64,000 nt of DNA from Ptychomitrium polyphyllum (Eukaryota): the NCBI GenBank assembly GCA_973851085.1, contig OZ316776.1:8742001-8806000 (forward strand). The letters are read 5' to 3'. Shown here one piece after another: positions 13,713 to 26,855 of this stretch; position 1 is the first letter of the stretch; each line of letters opens with the position of its first letter. The notes under the pieces were generated by a model that searched no databases, was not told the origin of the DNA, and saw only the letters and a program-made list of their open reading frames with translations. The translations under genes were made by a program, and so were the position numbers.

Positions 13713-13990
13713 GGGAAAACGGAGACGCAGAGTGAACTCCGGGAGGGATGGTGCATTGTTGCGCCTCTTTTTTGAGCTTTCCAGCGCTTGCTTTTGCCCG
13801 CACTCATGCGCATCGACTGTTGTTGGTGTTGTTTTCTACTCTTTCGCTCCGAGGACAACCGATTTCTGTGTATGTGTCTGTGTTGGTGTTGTTTGTTGTT
13901 TTCTTACATTCGACTGTCGCCACGGCTCATGTAGATGGACGCACCCGGTAGAGGCACACGGTCGTGAAACCCTCGCTTGGCCCTTGCGCT

Positions 13991-16900
13991 ATGGCTGGCG
14001 TCACGGACGACACCAGCAACAGCGTGCTATCCCAGGCCGCGGCGCAGCATGGGAGCAATCACGTTAATCATCAGGAGGAGGACAAGAAGCCCGAGCACGG
14101 CAGCGGCGTTAAGGTGAATGAACGGAGCTCTCGAGGGAAGGAGGGAAGAGTTGAGATGCAAGTAGATTAGGTTCAATCTTCGGGGGTTTGACGTTTAGTG
14201 TTAGGTTTTGTGGAGCGATTTTTGTTGAACAGGTTCGGGAAGGAGTGATGCGATCCCCAAGGTTGCAGGGGTTAGGGGCAGGGTTTACTCTTGGTTTTCA
14301 TTGGTTCTGCTACAAGTTCAGGAGTGGCTTTTTTGTTGCGTTTTTTTGGTTCTGATTCGAGTAATTTGTGATTTTGTAGATCGTAACTTCGCAAGGGCAA
14401 TCCACGGGGTCATCTCCACCGCAGGAGCAGAAGCCACAGATACATAGTCAGCAGCAGCAGCAGCAGCAGCAGCAACAAAATCAGCAAAATCAGCAACAGC
14501 AACAGCCGCAGCAACAGGCTACCACCAAGTCAGTTGCGCCGACCAACAATTCGAATCCTGGGCCGGGTCCTAACAATGAAGGGCGGAAAATATCTTGTGA
14601 AGACATACAGCTGGTTAGACACTGTCTGTTTGTTTCGTTTTTTCAGGGTTTTATTGTGTTGGCAATCTGACTACCGGTAAAACTTTCAATCATTTTGGAA
14701 AAATATGTGTCTTTTTTCCTAAAGAATTGGGCATGTTTAAGCAGTACCTCTTATTTGAATCGAACAGTTTACAAGTACCTGTGCAAGTCTGCCTTTAACG
14801 TCACAACCATTGTCAACGGAACCTAGCAGCTCTTGTAATTCTGTAGTGAAATCTGTGGTGGCAAATCGATTGTGGGGGTAAGAGTGTGGGTTGGTCCATG
14901 ACATAATTTCAGCACAAATTTAGCGCACGTTTGACCGTGCAAGCTGTGCACTTTTAGAGGTAGCAGTCGTTGATTAGACTTGCCATTCGATGTCGGCTGC
15001 ATGTTGAGAGCCTTACCTTGGCATGTGGTATTGTACAAAATTACATTGCAAGCTTAGTTGCTGATGAGAACGGGCATTTCTTTGAGGCAGGTCCAGAATT
15101 TGATAGAGCGGTGCCTTCAGTTATACATGAACCAAAGCGAGGTTATCACCACATTGCAATATCAAGCTAAGATTGAACCTGGCTTTACTAGTCTTGGTGA
15201 GAATTTCCCTCCTTCTCCTGCTTGTCCGTTTATGATGTTTCTTCATAAAGTCTGCCTTCTTAAAAATTTCCTAATTTGAGTACTTGTTCTTTTGGCTTTT
15301 TTTCGTTGTTTTGAAAGGTTGATATAAAGCGATTAGTGGTTAATAAGCAGCTAATTCTTGGACTTGATTATGCAGTATGGCAAAAGCTGGAGGAACAGAA
15401 TCCAGAGTTCTTCAAAGCTTACTACACTCGACTGAAGCTAAAGAAGCAGATTGTGTTATTCAACCATCTGCTGGAGCAGCAAGTGCAGCTGATGCACAAG
15501 ATGCGCCTCATTCCAAAAACTCCACTTCCTATGCAGAATGGCTTACATCCAGCCCCAAGTATGTTTTTAATTCTTTGTTTAAGACATGCAGGGTATATCG
15601 TTTTAGGATTACGTTTGTTTAGATTTTCATGTGGTCCTTTCATGCCTGGGTGATTCTTTAAACTCCAAGTGTTATGTCTTTAGGTATTTCCAAAAGCAGA
15701 GGCTCATTGCATGTCAGCTATATGGCTGAGTTTGTGTAGATTGTCTTTGTTGTTAGAACGCTTTTGATGCGGCGATCTTGTGGTAAGGTATTTGAAATCT
15801 CTTGATGGGTTGTGTATCCTTACCCAATAGATCTTTTGATACAGATATTGGTGAGATGTTATTTTCTTGGGAATGAGCTGTACAGACTTCACCTGATGCT
15901 GTGAGGTAGGTGAAGTTATATACATAACAATCTCTCATTTCTTATATCTTTTACTGAACTGCAGTGCATCATACTCCAATGGGATATCCAATGCAAACAC
16001 CAGCAGCTGGTGTTGCACCTGGTCATCCGCATATGCAACCCATGTCCGTCATGCCTCCTCCAAACTCTCCGCTTATGAATGGAAGCCCTGCTATGCCTGA
16101 CAGCTACCACTCCCATGAAAACGATGGAACAAAGTAAGTACACAGCATATTTTATGTCACCACAAACTGTTCTTCTATCTTTTATTTACTATGAGTTTCA
16201 ACGTGTGCCTAGAATTTTCTTTGTACCAGTTTTCCTACTATCATCCTAACGTGCTTTTGGTGGTAGCAGTGGCCTGGGAGATATGTCGCTAGGAACTGCT
16301 TCGTCTGGTGGAAGTGACATTTCATTAGGCTCCATGGGATCTACTCCAGGAGGCATGGCTGGAGGTTCATTTCCGTTTGGGAATATGGGCCCAACAGACA
16401 TGTCTGGAATGGGCATGGGCTTACCAACATCCATGGGTATGGATAGTACATATGCCTCCAACGATGCACACAACCAAAATGGGATTGGGGGTCTACCTAT
16501 GAGTTCCCACGACACAGATGTCAGCAGCCATAGAGAATCGCTTGGGTCTCTGGGACAGCTTCCGCGGAACTTCAGCCTCTCAGATTTGACTGCAGAGCTC
16601 ACAAATAGTGCAGGTTAGTCTTGCTCGAGTCCTGCATTGCTCGTTTGTACTGAAGTAGCGGAAGGATATTGCTCTATATCTAGTTAAGCCTTGATCTCAA
16701 TAAAATGTTCTAAAATAGACTTTTACATCTGATTCTTGGAAACAATGCAGATGACGAATAGCAAAAAGAATTCAGCTAATGTGTACGCTAGGCAGAAAGC
16801 TGGTAGACAATTGAATGCCGAGCCCTCAAGTTAACATTGCGTCATATTGATTTGCTCGCAATTTCATTTTGGGACATTCGTTACTGATTTATTTACTTAT

Positions 16901-17256
16901 TTGCAGGTGATTTAGATTTGGGTCCTCTGGGAAGCTACTCTGGATCGCCATTCTTAACACCAGACGCATTTTTGCGATCACCTGATAAAGATGTTCTTGG
17001 TAAGTGCCTTACATATTTAATTTCTGTTTTAGTTTTTGATAACAACATGGTAATGCTTTATGCTTGTTTGACACTATCTTTGCGTATCAGTGTAGTTTCA
17101 GAAGGTTAAAAATGTGATAGCCTTGTGTTCAGTTTAATAAATTCAACCCGGGATTTTTTGGTGTGTTCATGGCGTCTATTTAACTCGTAGTTTGCATGTT
17201 TTTCCTGAACAACAGATGACATCGACTTTGGTGATTTGAAGACAGAGTCCATGTAA
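13991..17256 (+). CDS. Plant-specific A_thal_3526 (TIGR01589/PF09713) domain protein with an N-terminal polyQ tract. Exons about 13991-14113, 14380-14613, 15091-15196, 15376-15558, 15965-16133, 16267-16613, 16907-16999, 17216-17256
   Basis: The spliced sequence KISCEDIQL|VQNLIERCLQLYMNQSEVITTLQYQAKIEPGFTSL|VWQKLEEQNPEFFKAYYTRLKLKKQIVLFNHLLEQQ is the family signature. The C-terminal LGQLPRNFSLSDLTAEL...LGSYSGSPFL motif is also typical. Splice sites are canonical. Confidence 0.9.
14449..14517 (+). repeat. CAG/CAA trinucleotide tract encoding polyglutamine in exon 2 of the A_thal_3526 gene
   Basis: The sequence cagcagcagcagcagcagcagcagcaacaaaatcagcaaaatcagcaacagcaacagccgcagcaacag is read directly. 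Confidence 0.9.
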
Positions 17257-18821
17257 GAATGAAGGTCGTTTTTGGCATGACAAGGTTTTGTTTTCTGGTG
17301 TACGACAAAGGCCTTCATGCAGAGGGGCTTATGCATTACCAATAGGGATGCGAGAATGATCCGTACCCTTACTCTGAACATTGTCTGAGCCCTTTCTGGC
17401 TTGATACTTGCAGCACACGATGATGCTGTGGCTTATGGGACAGCGTTATCTCATTGACGAATCGAAGTTCACTGCATCACTTTGATGCTGTTATAAGGTC
17501 ATATGAAAGGTCGTTGACTGACTATGGTAGTACACCACAAGTCTTTGGTGTAGGTGCAGAGTCACCATTGGATCAGTAAATTGCTTTGAGGTAGTAGTAA
17601 TTATTGCTTGGGCCTCTGACCAGGTCCAAGTACATGTAATGTTCAGTTTACTGGGTTGGGAAATACTTCCAAGGGAGGTTTCGTGGAGGAGCAGCAGGTC
17701 GGAAATGCATACTGAGCATTTCTGCATCGTTTTTGTACATATAAATGTTTTCATCAGGTTACAGTTTCTCCATATTCATTTTCTGAGCTTTCCGGTCTTA
17801 AACTACCAGTTGTTTTCTGTACTTACATGTTACTATGAAGAGGTAGTTGCTGCCCTCCCTGCAGCATTAATACTTCCAATTGTTATGGTCAATGTTTCTA
17901 ACCACTGTGACCTGCTTCTGATGATTTAATTGTCTCAGTATTGTCACAATTTGTAGTGGAAAGTGCTTTTACAGGGGTTGAGGAGATCAGATTTTTTCTT
18001 TGGGCAGATGTGGATTGAAGACTTGGGAGCAATCATGGCTCTGAAACATGGAGCAATGAGGGATGGTTCATGGTGGTGGAGATGGTGGTATTGAGTTGTG
18101 AGTTGTGGACAAAGAGGGCCACAACTATCAAATAAATTTCCTTTCTGATGTGATGTACTGTTTATTCAGTTTTTTTCTTGATGGCTACAGGGTAGAGAAC
18201 TTAGTTTGGGAGCAGTGTGTGTTGAAATGGAATGAATAATTTGAAGAGGGGTGCAGTTACATGGCAGGTACTGAATTTTGCCATTTAAAAGGTTCAGCTC
18301 CTTTTCTACTTCTTGCTTGTAGAACTTCGTTGACTGGAAAGAACCAAGTGTTTATTATTCGTGTATGTAGTATGTACCTGATTTACTATCAGGCTGTAGA
18401 TGTTGTATAGGAACATGGAATAGAACCGCGATTTCAATGGTGTCAAATTTGAACTTGTCTCCTATTTTGACCATGAATATTTTGTAGACTGTAGAAAAGA
18501 CAAGCAACTTCATAACTAAGGGGACTTGTTCTTCTCCCACGTGGATGTGATAGTACACTGGAAGCAACCATGTGACTTTTTTTTCTTGTATATACTAGTA
18601 TTCGAATCCTCTCTGTCAGTTGGAACGAGGTAAAGCAAAATTGTACGCAGGACGCCAACATGCTCAATGATGGTCCTTTGATTGGCACAAAATTCAAGGT
18701 CTTGTGTTCTAATTCCAGAGGCTTTACTGGATCTCTGATTCTCTGATTCCCTAGTTCTGTGAAGCACGCTACATATTCTAATGACAACCCTGTACGCCAT
18801 CAAACCGATATTTCCTTCAGT

Positions 18822-18917
18822 ATGGCTTAACGTTAGGTAAGCAGGAAACGAAGGACTGCTCCTATTTGCATGGCTTAACGTTAGGTAAGCAGGAAACGAA
18901 GGACTGCTCCTATTTGC
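18822..18917. repeat. Perfect 48-bp tandem duplication
   Basis: atggcttaacgttaggtaagcaggaaacgaaggactgctcctatttgc occurs at 18822 and 18870. Confidence 0.95.
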
Positions 18918-21900
18918 AGGTTTTATAGATTATATTTCAATTTCTCAATCCGTTAAGTTATTTTTAGTATTTAAAAGCTAAGTTTGTTAAGTTATTTTTA
19001 CTATTTTAAGGCTAAGGTTTGGAGATAAATTTCTAATTATAAATTTTTAGTACGACGAATTGTTTATGAAATTTTAAAGGATGTTTTTTGCAAGGACCAA
19101 AGTATAAATAGGGTTCGTTAACTATTCAAATAACAACTAGTAATCACCGCTTAATACATGTATAACAACTTAAATTTTATTCAATTATCATCATGAAGCA
19201 AGTTTATACCCTTCATGTGTGGCTTTCTTCCAAAATCCAATGTATATATACTTTCTTCTCTTAAATTAATTTGTATCAAATTTTAGTTCCATAATCATAA
19301 ATATTTTACCCATTTATCATCTAATTTTGCCTTTGGTGGTTATAAAACATATAGCTACTAGTATTTTTCATAAGTTTTGGATATAAAAAGATGATAAAGG
19401 ATTTATATATTTTACATCTTTTTAGTAGTATAAGTAATCTTTGTTTGTTGCTAATTTTGGAAATACTATATATTAGAAGTCAAAATCTATAGAAAAATTC
19501 AAGAATATTATCAATGTTCTTTATTTTAAAAGATTTTTCAATAGAAGGCTGGTTCTAAAGGCCACAACCTTTGAGAGAAGTTTATAGAATTTAAAGTTCA
19601 CAAAATGAACTAAATTATTTCTAATAAAATAAAGCTTTGTATCATCTATGAAAAATCACTTTAAAACAAATTCTCAAACTATGGAATGAAACTTATTCTA
19701 TTAAATAAATAAATGAGTGCAATTCAAAATATCTAAAGAATCATAAAAACCCATGCTTTATTTATTCAAATGCTTTAAACATTTTCAAAATCTTTAGATG
19801 TCAATATTTGCTAAAGCATTGTAAAATTGACAATTTTAAAGAGAATACTCAACAAACTTTAAACCAAATGAGAGAATTAACCATAGAATGTAATTTAGAA
19901 TGGTATAATACCATAGTAAAAAACAAACTCTTCAAAAAACATACAATTTTTATTTTATACTTTTTTTCCTATAATTTCTCAAGGATTCTTTAAATATATT
20001 GTTAAGTCTATTTTTTGAAGTGGATTAAGCAAAAATGCATTCTACCTTGTCTTGCCTTCCTAAAGCTTGTAGCCTTAAAAACCTTATATAAAATCAAGTT
20101 TCAAGAATATTCAATTTAAACACCTATGATTTGTTGAATTTTTTTACTTATGGCCTTTGGCTCTCTAGTATAAACTATTCTTTAAGCCTTCCTTCCATAT
20201 AACCTCCAAGAGACAACAAATGGTAAGAAATCCTTCAATGTATTATCTTATCCTTATCCTATATGAATTTTCCATCCACTGAGTCTACAAGGAATGAAGG
20301 CATTTGATCTTCAATGGTAAACACTATAATTTAGATTATATTTGTAAATTCCACCATGGCATTTTTGAAGAGCAAGTTGAACATCCTTTTGATTAATTGT
20401 TGAAAATAAAGATTAAACATACTTGGCAATGACACATGGTTTAAAGAAATTATATAATAGACATGACACGAATTAAAAAAGATAATTATATTATAATACT
20501 TTTATTATCTTTTTTTCAAATGGTAGATCCCTTCATTACTTTAGAATGCATGCACATTTAAGAAATATGATACCAAGAAATTATAAACTATTCCTTAATT
20601 TGTTATTTCTTTCATCAAGTATTATGCAAGTATTATATACTAAATATGGACTATCTAAAGTCATTTCTTACAAGTGAGGTATTGCAATAAAAGCTTACAT
20701 TAATGATTCTTTTCATTAATGTAATATCTAGACTTAACATGAGTATTTATACCAATCTTAATATTCATTTTTTAAAGAACCATTTAAATTTTGGTTTGAA
20801 TATAAGAGTGTAAGAATATCTTATTGAAATAATGATACTTATTATAAAGTATCTTTATTCTACAATTTACATTATGTTATAATTTCAAAATTAGTACAAA
20901 TTAGCTTATTATTGTGACTTGTACTAATGAAGATAGTCAATCATATGTTGGATTTATCGCTTTTCTAATAAACTCTTATTTTACTTACTAAAAGATATAT
21001 ACAAATCTCTAGAAAAATGTAACAAAAGGTGTTTTTAAGATTTTGGCATCTATCATTATATTATTTTCTACCAAATTGCTACCATGATATATGTTTATGA
21101 AAAATGTATATGTATTTAGATAATGAATTTACTATGAAGACACTAGAAATTTTGCCTAATTGTATTGCCAACTCCTAGAGCACCATTTTGAATATTGAGC
21201 ACTATAATTGTCATTCTATTTTTTCAAAGGAGGCTTCCAAAAAGTGAAGCAAGTTCAAATGGCTACAATAGTTATGAAGTGCACCAGAGTAGATGCTTTA
21301 AAACCAATGATTTGTGAATTTTTAAAATTTTGGAACATTAAAAAAGGTCTTTTCTTTGAATAGTGCCAATTTTTTATTCTTACATTGTTATTGTTATTGA
21401 AACTTCAAGTATTTAAAGATCAATATATGAAACCTACCATACGAAGGTTTCCATTAAATGTAGACTTTTCAATAAATTTTAGAGCACCACATTTATAGAG
21501 ATATGGCCCTATCTAATGAAATTATGATTAAAAATTTTGGACATCAATATCATTCAGCTAATGATGATGCCTAAAATTTGAAGCCACTTCAACAAAGTAA
21601 AACTTGAAGATCTATTTTTTAGATTATGTAATAAACAAACATCTAAAATTTCTTACCACATGATATCCTAGATTTTAGAAAATTCCCTCAAGGAATGGTT
21701 GCCTTATACATGATTACACAAATTTCTTACTTGAAACATGCTTGAATCTGGATTTTCTAGACTTCTAAAGTTTTTGCCACAGGTAGGTGAAAATCCAGTT
21801 ACTGAAGAGCTTTACGTCCACTTGACTGTGTTGTAAACATCTCAAAGGTTAAACTATAGTTGCAGCTTACCTCATATGAAAGAAGGCTAACTTTGGCAAA

Positions 21901-24900
21901 GTCATTTTTTACATTGTCCAGCAGAATCCACAGGCAACTGAGTCAACCGAATCTGTGAAGTTCAGACTAGCAATAGAGTGCTGGCACAGTCTGGAAGCAT
22001 CAATGCAAAGCTCCCAAGGAACCTTGCTTTCATTGTTACTGATAGGTACAGTTTTTTGCTGAATTCAGAGAGCACATTAAACCTTGTTCATGCATCATTT
22101 CAAATGTACTAAAAGCAGTATACTCAAATTGATTTGTGAGCAGGGTAAAGACTCAAGGGAATACTCCATCAGACATAGGTTCAATGTGTTCATGCCAGAC
22201 TTCAAGATGAATGTGGACATTGACATTGTCCCTTCACTGTGAGGAAGTAGCAAATTTTTATATTTCAGGTCTTCCTCACCCTAAGAGAGTTTCCCAAGAT
22301 AGATCCCACCTTCAACAGGCTCTCATCTCCCTAAAACCCCCTATTGCTGTATATACTTCAGCAAGCTGGAATATGGATTTTCTGTGTTATGTCCAACACC
22401 ACACAAATAAGCTTGGTGCATATGTGTAGATGGATCCCTATCAAGTACCCACTTAATTCAATTGACTTTGACAATGTGAGTTTCCATTGCATATCAGGCG
22501 TGACAAGTATGGAAGAAAAATTGATGCCAGCGTCTGTGAGTCAAGGTAGTCAAGTGAAAAGGTGATTCAACAACTTTAGTCAGTACAGAACAGTCAATGG
22601 AGAACAAGACCCAAACTGAATTAACATGAGTTGCAGGTATCATGTTCAATAATCGGATTGAAAAGTTATGCACATGTACACAAGCTTGGTGGAGCATAGC
22701 TAACTACCATTTTTATTCAACAGGGAAGACTCAACGTGGAGGATGACATCACAGGCTGAGGTAAGTGTGATGTACAAAGGTTTCTTCATGAATGAATAAC
22801 AAAGATCCTAGAGCTGGGTCTAATTTGCACAAAATGCTTCTCTGTACTGTACCATACTGTACTGTACTTTTATGGCAGTTTTGGTGTGCAGGTTAGAAGA
22901 CAGTAGGTCCAAAGCTCCAAGTTATTTGTAAATGCTGCTGTATGTCCTCGAAATATGTGTCTAGGGTCTCCTTTTTGTCTGCATTGTTCAATGTCATGAA
23001 ACCATGTTCTTTTGCAGTGATGTTTGTGGTTTTATTATTCCCCGATAGTGTACTGTTTTTTCATTAAATAAAAACAGAAATATTGTGCACCTAACCTTGG
23101 TAGATATCTGGTACATCTAGTTGATGTTGGTTGTGTGAAAGGACACAGTGAGGTCTTTTCCCAAACAAGCCGCATAATTATAGTTCCAGATTTTTGCATA
23201 ATAATATAGTTTGAAATATTATTTTTAAAACTACAGTACTCTATCCCACGTTGTGTTCAGTTGGAAAATGAGGCCTAAATAAAAATAAAAAATTGATATG
23301 AAATGCATTTGATGAAGTGTGGATATAAATACAAATAATTGCAAATCGTCCAATATTTTATAAATTCCAAAGGATATATCTAAAATTTAATAGGGTTATA
23401 ATTAATTACTAGGCATGAAAAAGGATTGCATTTCTTTTGTTTTTGCTTGTAAGCCTTGCAGTTTTTGTAATTCATGTAATATGAAGGTAATATTTGGTAA
23501 TATTAGAATGATACTTAGACAACACCTAAATAAAATTTGGTTATTCACTTAATTTTTTCATGCAAAATGGTTAAATATCATGGAAGAAAACCATGCATGA
23601 AAGAATCTATTTTACAGTATGATTCCAGTAGACATGAATGAACTTCTTGTTTCCTTTTTAATGTATCTTGCCTAGAATTCTGAAAATCACTATGCTTGTG
23701 CCCTTAGCAAGTGCATTAGCAAATGCATTACCAAGTAGCTTCTTTCCAATGGGGTCATTTCATTTGCATTTCAAACATTACAAAAATCTGCCCATAAATA
23801 AATCCTTGTGTTCTGACTGTGCTCCTAAGCTACTGAAATTAGTTACTGGTAAGCTAACCATATACAGGATTCTTGTCTGTTCCAAGGGAATGAGTTATTC
23901 ATTGTCTGTGCCATGTTGGCTAAGAAGTAGACCTTGTGGAAGGGGAAACTGCTCTAATGAGCTCTAGATATATCCAAAATAGTAAACAAAAAGTATTTAA
24001 ATTATTCAAACTTTTTATACAATATGAAAATAATTATAAAGCTAGCAATTTATTAGAACTATACATAATTTAAAAAACATACAAACTGTTCAAGCTTTGA
24101 AATCATGTATAGAATATAGTGCATATATTGTATGGTAAGCTTATCAAAAATTGTATATCTTATAATGAAAATAATAAAATGTTAACAATGTAACCAAATT
24201 AAAATATTTAAAGATACTAGGTTATGTAAGAGCTTATTGGCCTTAGCAAGATGTTGGCATATGTGGCAGCAGTGAATAGTGGTAATATATTAATGAAGTA
24301 ATTTACTAATTACCAGAGGAGCTTTGGTATAAATTGATTTTTTTTTAAAGTGCCACGTGTGATTTATCTTTCATATTTAATTTTTGATAAGCCTCAAAGA
24401 TACTCAATAACCAATTAGTTCTATGAGGCAAAACACATAGACCAAGTACAACTAACTAAGATGTACTTGGAAAAGACAAATTTATTTCTTATTTTGAATA
24501 AAATGGTGTATTTAAGTTTATTTAGAATTTTGGCATTGTATTGCCAAAAGTTTCTTTGTTTAAAAATATTGTATTTTACAGAATTAAATTATGTTTTATG
24601 AATGTCTAAAATTTTTAAGATTGCAATTTGAAATTATTAAAAATAAAACTTAAATGCCTATAAAATATATAATGTGAAAATTAAAAAATAGATTTTAGGC
24701 TATAATAAGATGTATAAAATAAAGTGAATATATCATATAAAAGGATATAGATGCAAAGTAGGGAACAATTGAAAGGATTTAAATTGGAAAATTCTTGAAA
24801 ACATTTGTATAGTTAATTATAAAAGAATTTGAGAAATTATTACAAAGATTTCAAATTCTAATAATTTTTTCAAAAAACGTTTAAAACATTTTTTAATGAC

Positions 24901-25984
24901 ACATACTCATTTTTATTTCTAAAACCATTTTGAATTATATTATTGTATTGCTTAGGTTGTAAGGTTTAATTCTAGAATATGAGCTAAATTGTCTACATAA
25001 TCAAATATGTATGGATATGGTGGTCATTTCAGTTATTTACATTGTATCATAATAAATTGAATTAATATTGTAATTGATTTAAGCACATGATTGCACCTTG
25101 TGCATTATACCATTCATATTATATTTGAATAATCAAAATAATCTTTAATTACTATTCAAGCTAAATTTTGTATTTATTATATATATATTCAAATTGAAGC
25201 ATTTAAATGATTTTTCAAGCTTTTTTTTTTTGAATGTGAAAACTGAAACTATAGCATCTAAATATAAGTTCAAGAATGGATTGAAACACCTATTTTTTAC
25301 ATTCAATTACATTTATTGTAAAATGCCATGCAATTAACTTTGAACATTGATTGTTTTTAGTACAATCCATTCTAAATTTCAAAAAGATCTAAACTGTTTA
25401 AGAATTTGGTGTAAAGAATCAAATGCCTATTCAAACTAAAAACAGTTTTGTTCATCATTAGTGTGTTAAATCCAATGGAAGCTTCTAGCATTAATCTTCT
25501 AAGGACTTCTCGCATTGATCTTCAAATTTCATAATGAAATTAAAATTTGGATGACTCCTTGCTTGTTAATTAGTAAGTAACTAGTAAAGTATATAAATAA
25601 CTGAGTCAGCAGTATGATGGTTTTTTGTCGTGTTTTTACTTCAAACTTTGATATGCATGATTTATCTGATAGAATGGAGTTTTAAATTGCATGTACTTAT
25701 AATTTACTTTCACAACTCCTAAAACTGTTAAATCAACCACAACGGAAGTCATAAAAAAATCAACTTCTCAAAACAAATCTCACAAATTAACAGAACGTAT
25801 ACTTAACAAATATCCTGCGGAACCAATCAAATAGCCAGATTACGAAAAACAGAGGTATTGCCTCACTCACAGCAAAACTCCTCCTTGAAACCAAACTCAA
25901 GCAAAAACGAAGCTATTGCCGAGGTGGGAAACAAGCTGGGTGTGTTGGTTTAAACTTCGCGGACGCCTTCACCGGTTCACCTTC

Positions 25985-26700
25985 ATGGAGACGGTGTCGC
26001 TTATCGCCTATAATCATCATCCAGTGACAGTGCCTGCCCATAGCCAATAGTAGTCATAGCATCACAGTAAAGGCCTCTCGGACCAGGTCTTTGGGCCCAG
26101 TCAGTGGTGGCCCTGCCTTCTAGAAGCCCACCTTGAGGCAAGTGGGTGGAGCATGGAGCCTGTGGAGGACATGAAATTAGAAGCTTCTTTGGTGGATGGA
26201 TGAGTGACTGGACTTTCATGAGAGCCAACAGCAATGTGAACCTGGCACAGTATCTTGCAAAATACGATTCAGTGAGGTTGACATGAGAGTTATGGAGTAT
26301 AGCCACATGGAGAGTAGAATGGTGAGAAGATGCTGATTATTGTCTGCATCTGAGTTTTGAAATGGTACCTTCAGGGATGTTTTCCAGGGCCAAACTTAAT
26401 CCAGACTCTAGAGCCCTCTTGGCCAGCTGAATTTCCAAGTACTCCTGTTGGCCATGGCTGCAGTTGTTGAAACCTTTAAAACATGGCAAGACTATGGACG
26501 GCTGTGTAGGTGTGACGTGCCACCAAATTCCAGTCTCTGAGTTGTTGGGAGTTCTTTGAAGACAAAATGCTAGATGGTGGTCAACTGGAGGTGGATTGAA
26601 ACTCGTGAACAATCAAAATTGGTATTATTGAGCGTGCACATTGGAATCCTTGGAAGGCCTGGCTCTGCTGCCACAGTTTCAAGACTATCTTCCTACTAGA
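25985..26700 (+). pseudogene. GC-richer, CpG-depleted island with a decayed reading frame (possible pseudogene or captured gene fragment)
   Basis: An ATG at 25985 (METVSLIAYNHHPVTVPAHSQ) is followed by frequent TAG/TGA stops. A promoter-like CA-rich stretch with CCAAT lies upstream, and AT-rich DNA flanks both sides. No family was recognised. Confidence 0.35.
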
Positions 26701-26703
26701 AGA

Positions 26704-26855
26704 CAGACCTTCCATTCCTTCAAAATGAAGTTGACCGTGAAGGCAGACCTTCCATTCCTTCACAATGAAGTCCACCATGTGTGGTTTTTGTTGGTCATGT
26801 TGACCATGTGGTTTTTGTTGGCCATGTTGACCATGGTCAACTTCAAAAACCATAT
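26704..26855. repeat. Compound repeat: 40-bp unit x2, 27-bp unit x2, and a 16-bp perfect palindrome within a fold-back
   Basis: cagaccttccattccttca(a/c)aatgaagt occurs at 26704 and 26744. tgtggtttttgttgg(t/c)catgttgacca occurs at 26780 and 26807. The palindrome gttgaccatggtcaac is at 26826-26841. Confidence 0.9.

Noticed and set aside
22843..22868. GTAC copper-response element cluster (four GTAC)
   Set aside because: It is explained by a short ctgta slippage repeat in an intron-like position, not upstream of a recognisable copper gene.
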